Shown here piece by piece: positions 28,124 to 36,927 of a stretch of DNA of 64,000 nucleotides. How positions within the stretch are numbered: position 1 is the stretch's first letter; every line of letters starts with the position of its first letter. Source of the stretch: an uncultured Candidatus Saccharibacteria bacterium. Its GTDB lineage: Bacteria > Patescibacteriota > JACPGU01. The stretch covers positions 9,849 through 73,848 of the forward strand of contig CAYHEQ010000001.1 of the NCBI GenBank assembly GCA_964355795.1, written 5' to 3'. The position numbers and the translations under genes were made by a program. The notes under the pieces are model-generated. The model searched no databases and was not told the origin of the DNA. It worked only from the letters and a program-made list of their open reading frames with translations.

Positions 28124-28654
28124 TTACGGCGCTATCGTCCCGGTAACTGTCCATTGATTTGGTATTTGAACATAAGCAGTTGCGTTTGCCTTCTCATTAC
28201 ATCCCGAACCTGATACTATTTGGCCACCAACTGCTGAATATAGCCCCTGAACAGCTGCGCAATTTTGACCAGCAGCGACAAAAGTGGCAGGAGTATTAAA
28301 GCTAGTAAATGCGCCATTTGTTGCCCCGGCAATAACATTGCCACTCCAACTCCCACTAGGCACTGTCCATGTTTCAGTTATGGTAGTTGTCGAGCCAGTA
28401 ACTCCCCCTGTAACTGTCCATTCGGCTGGCCCTAACGATATCGTCGCCGCTGTATTACCTGGGCCCGAATTGGGTATAGGAATATTCCTCCACGTCTTCA
28501 CAATCCAAGTGAAAGAATACCCCGTTGCCGCTTGGGCTCTCTGATTTTGTGTTCCCCAAGCCACTACCGCGACGACGATAAGAACGATGCCAATGATAAA
28601 AAGCGCTAGGCTTTTTTTGTCCAAAGTTTTTGTCATATTTTCCTCCTCGCACAC
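28124..28654 (-). CDS. Secreted protein sharing a conserved N-terminal leader with the 860-aa protein
   Basis: MTKTLDKKSLALFIIGIVLIVVAVVAWGTQNQRAQAA against MIKTLDKKKLAIFVIGIALIIAAVMAWGTQNQKAQAA. The leader is about 80% identical and is also conserved at the DNA level. Confidence 0.6.
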   Translation of the reverse strand: MCEEENMTKTLDKKSLALFIIGIVLIVVAVVAWGTQNQRAQAATGYSFTWIVKTWRNIPIPNSGPGNTAATISLGPAEWTVTGGVTGSTTTITETWTVPSGSWSGNVIAGATNGAFTSFNTPATFVAAGQNCAAVQGLYSAVGGQIVSGSGCNEKANATAYVQIPNQWTVTGTIAP

Positions 28655-28741
28655 TTTAATTTTAATATAAATTCCTTATCCGACTTCTAATTTTTTATTT
28701 TTTTAATTTTCTTGTCCCGCGAAACCTTTGGCGAAGTGGGA

Positions 28742-29020
28742 TTACTTTTTTAGCCCTTCCCCCGCTATAGGTCCCGGCATTTGACTCGTTTCAAAGCCAT
28801 AAGTCGTTTCCCCCTTCTTCTTCGCCTCCTCTATCGCCAGATTTCTTTTAATCATATCCGGCGTGCCGGCTATCGGTGACTTACTTCGTAACCGTATCTC
28901 GTTATACGCCACCACTCCCAGCAAAACGACTCCGACCGCAAGAGTGATGATAGCAATATGGCGAAAAGTTATTTCTTTCATACTAAATTTTAATTTCTCC
29001 AATCCGAGGCTCAACCTCAA
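28742..29020 (-). CDS. Small membrane protein
   Basis: The N-terminal 13 codons lie inside a hairpin repeat. The likely real start is MKEITFRHIAIITLAVGVVLLGVVA at about 28981. Confidence 0.4.
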   Translation of the reverse strand: MRLSLGLEKLKFSMKEITFRHIAIITLAVGVVLLGVVAYNEIRLRSKSPIAGTPDMIKRNLAIEEAKKKGETTYGFETSQMPGPIAGEGLKK

Positions 29021-29043
29021 AGGATGCCCAGAGGTTGAACCTC
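29004..29043. repeat. Hairpin repeat family copy (loop variant B, opposite orientation)
   Basis: ccgaggctcaacctcaaaggatgcccagaggttgaacctc. Confidence 0.75.
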
Positions 29044-29065
29044 TTTACCCTAGATGGTTTCCTGT

Positions 29066-29110
29066 CCGAGGTTCAACCTTAGCTTCCAAACTTCCCCAAG
29101 GTTGAACCTC
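29066..29110. repeat. Hairpin repeat family copy
   Basis: ccgaggttcaaccttagcttccaaacttccccaaggttgaacctc. Confidence 0.8.
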
Positions 29111-29173
29111 TGACCAATAATTTTTGTCTTCCGCGTAAGTCTGCGTTAAGTCTGCGTCCGTCCGCGGTCGGCG

Positions 29174-29830
29174 CTACTGCGCGACTCCCTGTCCCAATCC
29201 ATCATACAATTTATAATCGTCACTACAAGTGGTCAAGATTTCTGCCGTGGATTTGTGAGCGTAATTGGTTTGCGTTTTGTCAATCACCGTCCCGATGCCG
29301 TAAAGCAATTTAGCCGATAGTGGGTCGCAAACGGACTTAATTATGAATTCGGCAATCGCTGTATTGCCACCATATGTCGCCGTAACTATTATTTTCTTGC
29401 CAGGCACAGAATCGGGACCCAATTTGATGAAAGCTCTAGAATAAGAATCAATAGAAGATACTTCAGGGTTAGCCGTCAAAGAAGTCGTGCTCCCACCAGG
29501 TGATTTATAAAAATTAGCATCGAACTCAACATCTGTTTTCGGCAAAAAAGAAGCTCCTGTAACCTGCGAAATATCCCATTCATACGTGACTGTTGGCCCT
29601 TTAATTGGCAGTCCGGCACCAAGGTTGTCTGTCGTCTGCACTACTAGCTGTAATACTTGCCCCGGCTGAACATCACAACTACTAGGATCATTACACCCGA
29701 CGACAGTCGCGCTAACACTTTCGATGGCAAAGGGAGTCCTCCCATTATTTTTGAAAGCAAAAACTCCTGCGACCATAATGACAATGACCACAACAAACAC
29801 TCCTATTTTTTTTATTCTGTTTTTTATCAT
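29174..29830 (-). CDS. Membrane-anchored secreted protein
   Basis: Signal anchor IGVFVVVIVIMVAGVFAF. Contains Cys pairs. No known domain. Confidence 0.5.
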   Translation of the reverse strand: MIKNRIKKIGVFVVVIVIMVAGVFAFKNNGRTPFAIESVSATVVGCNDPSSCDVQPGQVLQLVVQTTDNLGAGLPIKGPTVTYEWDISQVTGASFLPKTDVEFDANFYKSPGGSTTSLTANPEVSSIDSYSRAFIKLGPDSVPGKKIIVTATYGGNTAIAEFIIKSVCDPLSAKLLYGIGTVIDKTQTNYAHKSTAEILTTCSDDYKLYDGLGQGVAQ

Positions 29831-29868
29831 AATATTCTCTGCCTTTATCTAAAAATCTAAAACCTAAT

Positions 29869-30768
29869 TTATTTTACTGGCACCAATTTTATCGGATTAT
29901 TATACTGATCCAACAAACTTTGCAAAAATGGATCTTGAGGATTTTGCGCCAAACCATCTTTTAAGACCAGCTTCGCTCCCGCAATATCTTTCTGACTATG
30001 CAACATAGTGGCCAAACCATAATAAGCGGCCACTAATTTCGCGTCCAGCCTGATAGCTTCTCGATATTGTTTCTCGGCCGCCTCGTATTTTTCCTGACTA
30101 CTCAAGACATTAGCAAAATTGTTGTGGTAAATAGCGACAGAAGGCTCTTTGGCCACTACTTGCCCCCAAGTTTCTACAGCCTTGGTGAGATTACCAACAT
30201 TTTGGTAAAGTGAAGCTAATGTCGCCAAATCCTCCGCGCTGACAGCTGATTTTTCCAAAATCGTCGTCGCCTCCACATACCTCTTCAGTCTTTCTTCTGG
30301 TGTCAGGGTTCGGCCACTATCTGCGTCCACACCCATCCCCGCTTCTTGGATAGTCTGTTGAAGAGTTTTTTGCGTATCAGAACCAATGATATTTTCCCTG
30401 ATAGTCGTGAGGTAGAAAGAGCCCGCAATGCCAGCTATGATGATAACCAGTAAAGTTGCCCCCAAGAAAATCCCTATTCTCCTGCGGTATCGCGGTATCT
30501 GCAAACGCGAGATATCCACCACCCGCACCGTCCCGGGCTCGGCAAAATTATGCACCAAAATCTCCCCTTGCCGAAGCTTACCAACAACCACTTTTTTGTT
30601 TTTTCGCGCACCTTGATTTTTTCTAATAATCTTGCGCGACCCTCCGAAACTTGCTACTCGCGAGACAGGAATAGTAGTTCCGTGAGCGAGTAAGCGTGAA
30701 GGACGGGTTGGTTTTACTACCTTTTTTGGCTTCAGTTTCTCTTTTTGTTTGCGTTTTTTGATTGACAT
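29869..30768 (-). CDS. TPR-repeat membrane protein
   Basis: Basic N-terminus, one TM segment (IGIFLGATLLVIIIAGIAGSF), then TPR-like repeats (AIYHNNFANVLSSQEKYEAAEKQYREAIRLD). It is paralogous to 34002..34730 and 38073..38759. Confidence 0.7.
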   Translation of the reverse strand: MSIKKRKQKEKLKPKKVVKPTRPSRLLAHGTTIPVSRVASFGGSRKIIRKNQGARKNKKVVVGKLRQGEILVHNFAEPGTVRVVDISRLQIPRYRRRIGIFLGATLLVIIIAGIAGSFYLTTIRENIIGSDTQKTLQQTIQEAGMGVDADSGRTLTPEERLKRYVEATTILEKSAVSAEDLATLASLYQNVGNLTKAVETWGQVVAKEPSVAIYHNNFANVLSSQEKYEAAEKQYREAIRLDAKLVAAYYGLATMLHSQKDIAGAKLVLKDGLAQNPQDPFLQSLLDQYNNPIKLVPVK

Positions 30769-30784
30769 ATATTTCTTTATTTTT

Positions 30785-30866
30785 TATTTTTCCCGACGCA
30801 CTATATTTTTTAATATAATGAAGTCGGGATCCCGATTTCGCGATAGCGAACATCGGGACTTATTTT
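30785..30866. repeat. About 82-bp conserved intergenic element, copy 2 of 2, abutting the TPR gene start
   Basis: About 95% identical to 4116..4196. Contains the TCGGGATCCCGA palindrome and the AT-rich TATATTAAAAAATATA box. It ends about 20 bp before the ATG at 30768. Confidence 0.8.
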
Positions 30867-30872
30867 CTTGAC

Positions 30873-31265
30873 TTATCGTAAAACTGGAGAAGCTTCCATC
30901 GATTTTATTTCTTTAATGTCTTTAGAATTAAAAATTTTCTTCTCTCCAAGCTTATCCACTACTTTTTCTAATTTTTCGTCCCTTTTCCTCATCATAACAA
31001 TCAAATCGCTCTTCAAATTAATCATTTTGTCTGTCATGAAACTCTTGGTGACCATTTGATTCCTTACGCTATCTATATCGGCTTGCAGATCAGTTTTGAC
31101 GGCTTGCAGATCAGTTTTGACACTCTGCAGGTCAGTTTTTACACCCTGAAGATCGGTTTTTATTTCCTTAATATCCCCATGAATACCGCCAAATTGATCA
31201 GTAAGGAAATCCATGAATTTCTCATCATTCATGATGCTAGATTGTTTGGTATTTTCTCCTGTCAT
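30873..31265 (-). CDS. Small coiled-coil protein with 7-aa tandem repeats (KTDLQxV x4)
   Basis: IKTDLQGVKTDLQSVKTDLQAVKTDLQA is encoded by a 4 x 21-bp tandem repeat. Confidence 0.5.
   Translation of the reverse strand: MTGENTKQSSIMNDEKFMDFLTDQFGGIHGDIKEIKTDLQGVKTDLQSVKTDLQAVKTDLQADIDSVRNQMVTKSFMTDKMINLKSDLIVMMRKRDEKLEKVVDKLGEKKIFNSKDIKEIKSMEASPVLR
31080..31163. repeat. 4 x 21-bp tandem repeat (coding)
   Basis: ggcttgcagatcagttttgac x2, followed by two diverged units. Confidence 0.85.
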
Positions 31266-31406
31266 TTTATTTTCTTAATTTTCGCACACCATAATATTTT
31301 TACAATAGTCTGTGCGACCCTCCGAAACGCAACCTATTTGCAAATTTCTGATATTCAGAATATTGCAAGAGGTTAAGTGAAGGATGGGTTTATTTTTTTA
31401 GCCCCA

Positions 31407-33989
31407 CTATTTCACCGGATTCAATATGTGCTTCGGCACAGTGATTGTTACGGCCTTAGTGTTATCGGTAATAATGACTGCGGTAGCGCCACTAGTGGCC
31501 GTGGCCACCAGATTCACTGCGTAAGTGCTGTTGGATTTTAATATACTGAAACTGCAATTGGTCGTAACCGAAGAACAATTGGGAAGACTGGTTGGCAAAA
31601 TGACAGTCCCATTTTCTTTAACTTGCCAATTATAGCCAGAGGTCACCGTCCCTCCCACTGCTACCATCTCTGGCTTCACCGTTACCGTATCCCCTACTCG
31701 GAGAGAGCCGGAAATAGTCCAGTCGCCAGTAGTTTCTTGAGTGGGAGTCACCGAAGCGCCAGCGTTGACGATAGCGCCATCGGTAATGATGTTCGCTCCC
31801 GCTCTGCCCACATCCGGCTTGATGCTCAAAGAGGCCGAAGAGGGAGCGGGAGGATTAAGCCCTGCTGTTTTAGTCACTGTTCCCATCGCCCCGCGACTGT
31901 CTGTTACGGTCAAAGTAAAGGAATAAAGTCCTCCTCCATTAGTATACTCGGGATATGTATAAGCGAGGTCTTTTTTGGTAAAAAGAAGGAATGGAGAAGG
32001 ATCGTCAGAGATTTTTTGGGAATCAGAGGAAGTGTAAGTATAGATATAAGCGGGGTCCCAAGACTTTGTTACCTTCCATGCCCAACTCGTAATTGTATCC
32101 CCATCGGGATCGGTTGATTGATCGTAATATTTGAAATCCATCGTCGTCCCGAGCTGCGTGCCATCAAACTTCGCCACAGGAGGGCTATTCACAGATGTAT
32201 AACTACACACAAAACCAATTGTTCCGCCAGCAGTAAGTGTTCTTATTGATGGAGGAATAAATGTGTATCCCGTCTTAGCCGGACAGGTGGCGGTATAAGA
32301 GCCAATTGGAGCAGTTGTTGAAACAGCAACGGCTACATTCGGCGTAACCACCGTCCCCGTATAGGTTGTCGTAGCAGGACTGGGACCCTTAACTGTGATA
32401 GTTGTATCAGGAAGAGTGGAGTTGATGTTGATGGTGCCAGGTAATACTTTGTCCACCGTAATTGTTTTCGTCGCTGTGTCACTAAACGCCCCTCGACTAT
32501 CCTGAACCATAAGAGACGCTGTATATGTCCCTACGGACGAATACTTATGGAGAGGTTTTTTTTCAACACTATCAATTATCCCGTCATTATTAAAATCCCA
32601 AAACCAACCAGTAATACCGTCGCCATCAGGATCGGTGGAGGTATCTGTAAATTGCACTGAAAGTGGTACAGAGCCAGAAATGGGGCTGGCAACAAACCTG
32701 ACTAAAGGAGATTTATTGGGAAAGGACAATCCTCCGCAACCATCCGTTCTAGATATAACAACAGTACCGTCACCAGCGACTTCTCTAGCGCCTCCTGTGC
32801 CAATGCCACTTCCACCAATACCGCCGTTAGCAGTAACTGTCTTAAATCTCACATCTCTTCCGGCTTCAAAAACTTGCTCGCCACTCCATGTCCCGTCTTC
32901 TTTCTTCGATAATATCTTTATTCTCCCACCACCACCAGCATAAGGTGGAAAATAGCTACCAGCTACCCCGTCGCCACCATTAGCGCTAATCATACCTTCG
33001 TGATTGAAGCTATTTGTAACAATACAAATAGATCCACCAGAGCCACCACCGCCTATTCGTCCACCATTACCTATCTCACCTATCTTGCCATTAGCAGAGA
33101 TACTACCATCTTTATCTATGATGATTTTGTTAGCAGATATTACTATGAGACCACCACCGCTACCGCCAGTATAATCACCATTATAGCCATAAGATCCTAC
33201 TCCCATGCCACCTCCACCTCCACTGCCCCACTGGTCTGGATTATTCTTATCGCCATAAGTATATGACCCAACATCCGCTCCTAAACCTCCATAGCCTCCG
33301 CCCGAACCGGCATATACATAAATAGAGTTAGTAAATGACCAACCTCCACCTCCAGGACCATAGCCATACTGCTTACCAGTGCCACCACTATACCCAAATC
33401 CATCTGCGGTTATTTTACCGCCAGAGTTAATTATCAGTTCTTTATTGATGATGAGTTGCATACTACCAACATCGCCGGGAGATCTTGTCTTTTGGGTTAA
33501 AACACCGTCGTTTATTATAGTTAAGCTATTGAAATAATGCTCTCCATCAATTTGTACCGTTGAACCATTAATAACAACATCTTTCTTGTCGTACTGAACA
33601 TTAGTTGATGAGATAACTCCCGATGGAAATACGGCGCTAATAGGCACAAAATTAGCCATCAAAGCAGTGTTGCCTTGACCAAAAGTGAAGGTCGCAGTAC
33701 TAGTGACCTTGCTAGAAATATTGCCATAAATAGGGTTAGAAGTAAAAGTCCAACCATAAAATTTATATCCCAGATTCGCAGTGGCGGTAATGGTCCTGGT
33801 GGAATTTTCATTCGTCCCTCCGCCAATCACCACGCCATACTCGCTCGGACCAGCCGTCAATGTGAGAGTATAAGTCGTTGCGGCTTGGGCTTTTTGGTTT
33901 TGCGTACCCCAAGCCATTACTGCGGCAATAATTAGCGCAATTCCGATGACGAAAATAGCTAACTTCTTTTTGTCTAAAGTTTTTATCAT
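31407..33989 (-). CDS. Large secreted adhesin-like protein (860 aa) with InlB B-repeat, Gly-rich region and two PKD domains
   Basis: Conserved leader MIKTLDKKKLAIF...AQAA, B-repeat GYKFYGWTFTSNPIYG, and long GGSGGG tracts. PKD motifs WFWDFNNDG and STDPDGDTITSWAW are present. Confidence 0.75.
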   Translation of the reverse strand: MIKTLDKKKLAIFVIGIALIIAAVMAWGTQNQKAQAATTYTLTLTAGPSEYGVVIGGGTNENSTRTITATANLGYKFYGWTFTSNPIYGNISSKVTSTATFTFGQGNTALMANFVPISAVFPSGVISSTNVQYDKKDVVINGSTVQIDGEHYFNSLTIINDGVLTQKTRSPGDVGSMQLIINKELIINSGGKITADGFGYSGGTGKQYGYGPGGGGWSFTNSIYVYAGSGGGYGGLGADVGSYTYGDKNNPDQWGSGGGGGMGVGSYGYNGDYTGGSGGGLIVISANKIIIDKDGSISANGKIGEIGNGGRIGGGGSGGSICIVTNSFNHEGMISANGGDGVAGSYFPPYAGGGGRIKILSKKEDGTWSGEQVFEAGRDVRFKTVTANGGIGGSGIGTGGAREVAGDGTVVISRTDGCGGLSFPNKSPLVRFVASPISGSVPLSVQFTDTSTDPDGDGITGWFWDFNNDGIIDSVEKKPLHKYSSVGTYTASLMVQDSRGAFSDTATKTITVDKVLPGTININSTLPDTTITVKGPSPATTTYTGTVVTPNVAVAVSTTAPIGSYTATCPAKTGYTFIPPSIRTLTAGGTIGFVCSYTSVNSPPVAKFDGTQLGTTMDFKYYDQSTDPDGDTITSWAWKVTKSWDPAYIYTYTSSDSQKISDDPSPFLLFTKKDLAYTYPEYTNGGGLYSFTLTVTDSRGAMGTVTKTAGLNPPAPSSASLSIKPDVGRAGANIITDGAIVNAGASVTPTQETTGDWTISGSLRVGDTVTVKPEMVAVGGTVTSGYNWQVKENGTVILPTSLPNCSSVTTNCSFSILKSNSTYAVNLVATATSGATAVIITDNTKAVTITVPKHILNPVK

Positions 33990-34001
33990 TTTTTTCTTGT
34001 T

Positions 34002-34730
34002 TTATCCTCTTCTGTATGTCATCAATATCTGCTTCAACATCTCATCTTTTGGAATTTGAGCTGTTCCCTCTTCTAAAACTTTTATCGCTTCTGCTCTATT
34101 ATTTTCGAAATCTCTCAAAAGTACCGCTAGATTAACATAGGTGGCAGAAAAATGTGGGTCAATGGTGATGGCTTCGCGATAATGCTTTTTTGCTTCTTCG
34201 TATTTTTTTTCACTACGCAAAACATTGCCCAGATTATTATGCAAAATAGCGTCTTGAGGAGTTACTTTTACGGCTTGTGAGAAAAACTCCTCGGCTTTAC
34301 CCAAATCTCCAAGATTATAATAAGAAACGGCAAGTTTCTGTAAAACATCCTTGTTGTTAGGCTGTGTATTGATAACTTTTTCTAATTCTTCCACGGTTTC
34401 TTTGTATTTTTTTGTTTGCATTTCTGCGCTTATTGCCTGATCGCCACTTTTACCCATCGTTGCCTCCCTGTACGCATCCAGCCCATTCGCTAACCATTCC
34501 TGCGCTTTCACATCGCGCCAAATACGATATTTATTCAACAGAACATTCGCCAACAAAGATCCCCCATAAACCACAACTATAAGAATAATTATACTAATTA
34601 TAATTTTTGCTTTTTTATTAAAAATCTTCCTCTTTCTCTCCTCCCAATTTTTGTTTTTCTTTTTCATAAGTGAAATTTCTGTATCTGTAGTATATATTTC
34701 CTCATTTAGAGGTTCGACCTTAGTTTCCAA
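34002..34730 (-). CDS. TPR-repeat membrane protein (paralog)
   Basis: The first about 11 codons of the ORF are a hairpin repeat, so the start is likely MKKKNKNW at about 34667. One TM segment then TPR repeats (ILHNNLGNVLRSEKKYEEAKKHYREAITID). Confidence 0.65.
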   Translation of the reverse strand: METKVEPLNEEIYTTDTEISLMKKKNKNWEERKRKIFNKKAKIIISIIILIVVVYGGSLLANVLLNKYRIWRDVKAQEWLANGLDAYREATMGKSGDQAISAEMQTKKYKETVEELEKVINTQPNNKDVLQKLAVSYYNLGDLGKAEEFFSQAVKVTPQDAILHNNLGNVLRSEKKYEEAKKHYREAITIDPHFSATYVNLAVLLRDFENNRAEAIKVLEEGTAQIPKDEMLKQILMTYRRG

Positions 34731-34752
34731 ACTTCTCCGAGGCCAAATCTCT
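34708..34752. repeat. Hairpin repeat family copy (degenerate right arm)
   Basis: agaggttcgaccttagtttccaaacttctccgaggccaaatctc. Confidence 0.65.
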
Positions 34753-34781
34753 TATCCCTAATAATTTTTCTCAATCTCCGA

Positions 34782-35168
34782 CTATCCTATTGCTCCTACT
34801 TTGTGCATACTGCTTGCTTCTTCTTCACTCAAAATCCTTTTTCTTGCCAGAATACTTGTCAAAGTGTGTAGTTTTTGCGCTATTCTCCCCTCACTTTGCC
34901 TCACTCTTTTATCCGTCCAATCTTTGTTATTTCCTTCTGATTGCCTAATTTCTTGTTTTAATTCTTTTTCCATCGGTTCCAAAAAATTAACATTGAATTT
35001 AGCTAATTGATCCTTTACTACATCTTCAACTGAATCCTTGAATCTTTGACCCTCAAATATATTCTCTACGGCGTTCTTGAATTTCTCGCCAGCAAAAGAA
35101 TTCTCAATAACCCCCGTTACGATTTCCTTAATTTCCTCTCTGGTTGTGGTAATCTTTTTTTCTGACAT
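34782..35168 (-). CDS. Hypothetical protein
   Basis: 128-aa acidic/basic ORF with no known motif. Confidence 0.45.
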   Translation of the reverse strand: MSEKKITTTREEIKEIVTGVIENSFAGEKFKNAVENIFEGQRFKDSVEDVVKDQLAKFNVNFLEPMEKELKQEIRQSEGNNKDWTDKRVRQSEGRIAQKLHTLTSILARKRILSEEEASSMHKVGAIG

Positions 35169-35179
35169 TTTTGCTAAAA

Positions 35180-35383
35180 TTAAACATTCACCGCGCGCTT
35201 GGCTATAATTTTCGTTGCTTTTCCGCAGTTACCGCAATATTGCTCGTTATCGTCTAGTATACATTTACAATTCAAACATCTTTTGGCGGTTTTCTTTGGC
35301 AACCTTAAGCCACACCCAGTACAAAATTGGTCACTATATCCTTTCCAGTATTGTTTTTTGCACTGCGGACATTTCTTGAACAT
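35180..35383 (-). CDS. Double zinc-ribbon small protein
   Basis: CPQCKK...CTGCG and CLNCKC...CGNCG. Confidence 0.5.
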   Translation of the reverse strand: MFKKCPQCKKQYWKGYSDQFCTGCGLRLPKKTAKRCLNCKCILDDNEQYCGNCGKATKIIAKRAVNV

Positions 35384-35543
35384 ATGTCTTCTCTAAAATC
35401 TTTTTTCTAATATCCATTTTTTTACAAATTACGGTAATATCTTTTGCCATAGACTTTCCTCTACTTTTCCTTTTTGTTTTTTTTGATTCACTATATTGTG
35501 TACTTTGATCCCTTATTTTCTTAATTTCTTATTTTCTTAGCCC

Positions 35544-36095
35544 CTACGGCGCCAAAGTGTCCAAGACGATGAACGAATCGCCAGATTTGGCGGAATAGTT
35601 GCACCAGATCATATCCCCGGAATAGCCCGTTACTATGGCAGTGGCGCAACCCCCCGTTGTTGGCGCAGAAGCGGTAGTGCCATCAGAGCCAGCCTTCATA
35701 CCGCTATATTTGAATCCTGTCGGTGTGGAGAATTTGACATCTGTGGACTTGGCTAAACTTTCAGGATTGTTGACGGTTAAAGTGAATTTGACTGTATCGC
35801 CCGCTTTCGCCGTCGCCGTGTTGTTTCGCGCAGATACTGGCGCGATGTTTTCTGCCTTCGTATGCACCGAAACACCTTGATAATTGAAATTGTAGCCGAC
35901 ATCAATAGGTTGTCTATCGGCCGCGAATGTTCCCAGTTTGAATCCTCCCAAGGCCACGCCAGCCAAAAGCAAAAGGCCTACTACATATATAGTAGCCTTT
36001 CTGTTGGAAAGTTTTTTGGAAAAACCCTTGAGAGTGGAGGCTCTTTTGATGCGATTGCTCCTGCGCACGATTTTTTCAAAATTGAAAGATAACAT
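35544..36095 (-). CDS. Secreted/membrane-anchored protein with Thr/Ala-rich beta domain
   Basis: Signal anchor IYVVGLLLLAGVALGGF. DUF11-like composition. Confidence 0.5.
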   Translation of the reverse strand: MLSFNFEKIVRRSNRIKRASTLKGFSKKLSNRKATIYVVGLLLLAGVALGGFKLGTFAADRQPIDVGYNFNYQGVSVHTKAENIAPVSARNNTATAKAGDTVKFTLTVNNPESLAKSTDVKFSTPTGFKYSGMKAGSDGTTASAPTTGGCATAIVTGYSGDMIWCNYSAKSGDSFIVLDTLAP

Positions 36096-36180
36096 CTTTT
36101 TTGTATTACTGTTATGAAAATTTTGTTTTGAAATATCTATTGCTAACTGACATTAAGCCTGACTTAAAATCTTGCTGAAC

Positions 36181-36430
36181 CGATGCTAATCTGCGAATGG
36201 ATGCCTGCCCGCAATGCTCTCGCCCGAAGCTTTCATATCTGTTTACAATTATCGTACGCAATATTTAGGGAGCAAACAATATGGGTGGGGCGCATAGCGA
36301 GGCGGGCGGGCGAATATGGCGAATATTTATGCGAATTAATTCGCATGGGATTCGTAAATTCGCATCGCGTTCGTAGATTCGCATGGCATTTCAAATTCGC
36401 ATCGCATTATTCGTGTCGCTTAACTCAAAA
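36181..36430. repeat. GCGAAT-rich repeat locus containing the second 115-bp MITE-like element copy (36201..36315)
   Basis: atgcctgcccgcaatgctctcgcccgaagctttcatatctgtttacaattatcgtacgcaatatttagggagcaaacaatatgggtggggcgcatagcgaggcgggcgggcgaat, followed by four ATTCGCAT octamers. Confidence 0.8.
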
Positions 36431-36608
36431 CCAAGACAGAAATATCTCCCTTTTGCGTCTTCTCGACTGAAAATCACACTCCTTAACCCATTCCTTTATT
36501 ATCTAGCGTTGTCTCTATTATAGACGATAAGTCCACCCCTACAAGAGCCGATTTATCCCCAAGCTCGTAACAGAAATGGCCTCAAAACTTGAAGCCATTT
36601 CTGCGCAA

Positions 36609-36790
36609 ACAGGGGCGGAAGTCGCAACTTTACATCGGGAGAAACTGATCAGTTTGCGTTTTTGGCAGGGGCTGAGGGAATCGAACCCCCGACCTCGGTT
36701 TTGTCCCGACGATTGCAGGGCAATGTCGGGATCCCGATCCTCCGATGCAAAATCGGAGCGTCGGGAGAGACCGATAAGTTTGCGTTTTTA
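36609..36790 (-). other. Two tRNA 3'-end-like fragments with no 5' halves (pseudo-tRNA or att-site remnants) downstream of tRNA-Trp, with an internal TCGGGATCCCGA palindrome
   Basis: 36663..36700 encodes GGGGGUUCGAUUCCCUCAGCCCCUGCCA, which is a T-arm, acceptor 3' strand and CCA. No matching 5' acceptor strand exists. 36609..36629 is a degenerate copy of the tRNA-Trp 3' end. Direct repeat GATMAGTTTGCGTTTTT at 36645 and 36773. Confidence 0.5.
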
Positions 36791-36791
36791 A

Positions 36792-36862
36792 CAGGGGCGG
36801 TAGGAGTCGAACCCACACTATTGGTTTTGGAGACCAACGTTCTACCGCTAAACTACGCCCCT
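36792..36862 (-). tRNA. tRNA-Trp (anticodon CCA)
   Basis: The cloverleaf folds by hand: acceptor AGGGGCG/CGCCCCU, anticodon stem UUGGU/ACCAA, loop CUCCAAA, T-loop UUCGACU. Confidence 0.85.
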
Positions 36863-36927
36863 ATTCTAAGAACGGTTTTGCCTTAATATTCGAGCGATTA
36901 GCGTTAATTCGAGAAAATTAGCGATTC

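Noticed and set aside
12693-35168. N-terminal extensions of several ORFs that begin inside hairpin-repeat copies (28742..29020, 34002..34730) or overlap upstream genes (287..1159, 8426..9250, 57840..58778)
   Set aside because: Internal Met codons with better spacing and context give non-overlapping genes. The extensions are artefacts of longest-ORF calling.
36663-36790. A complete intron-containing tRNA downstream of tRNA-Trp
   Set aside because: A canonical T-arm, acceptor 3' strand and CCA are present. No complementary 5' acceptor strand ([A/G]GGGG[C/U]U) exists anywhere upstream, so a cloverleaf cannot be completed. It is scored as a tRNA 3' fragment.
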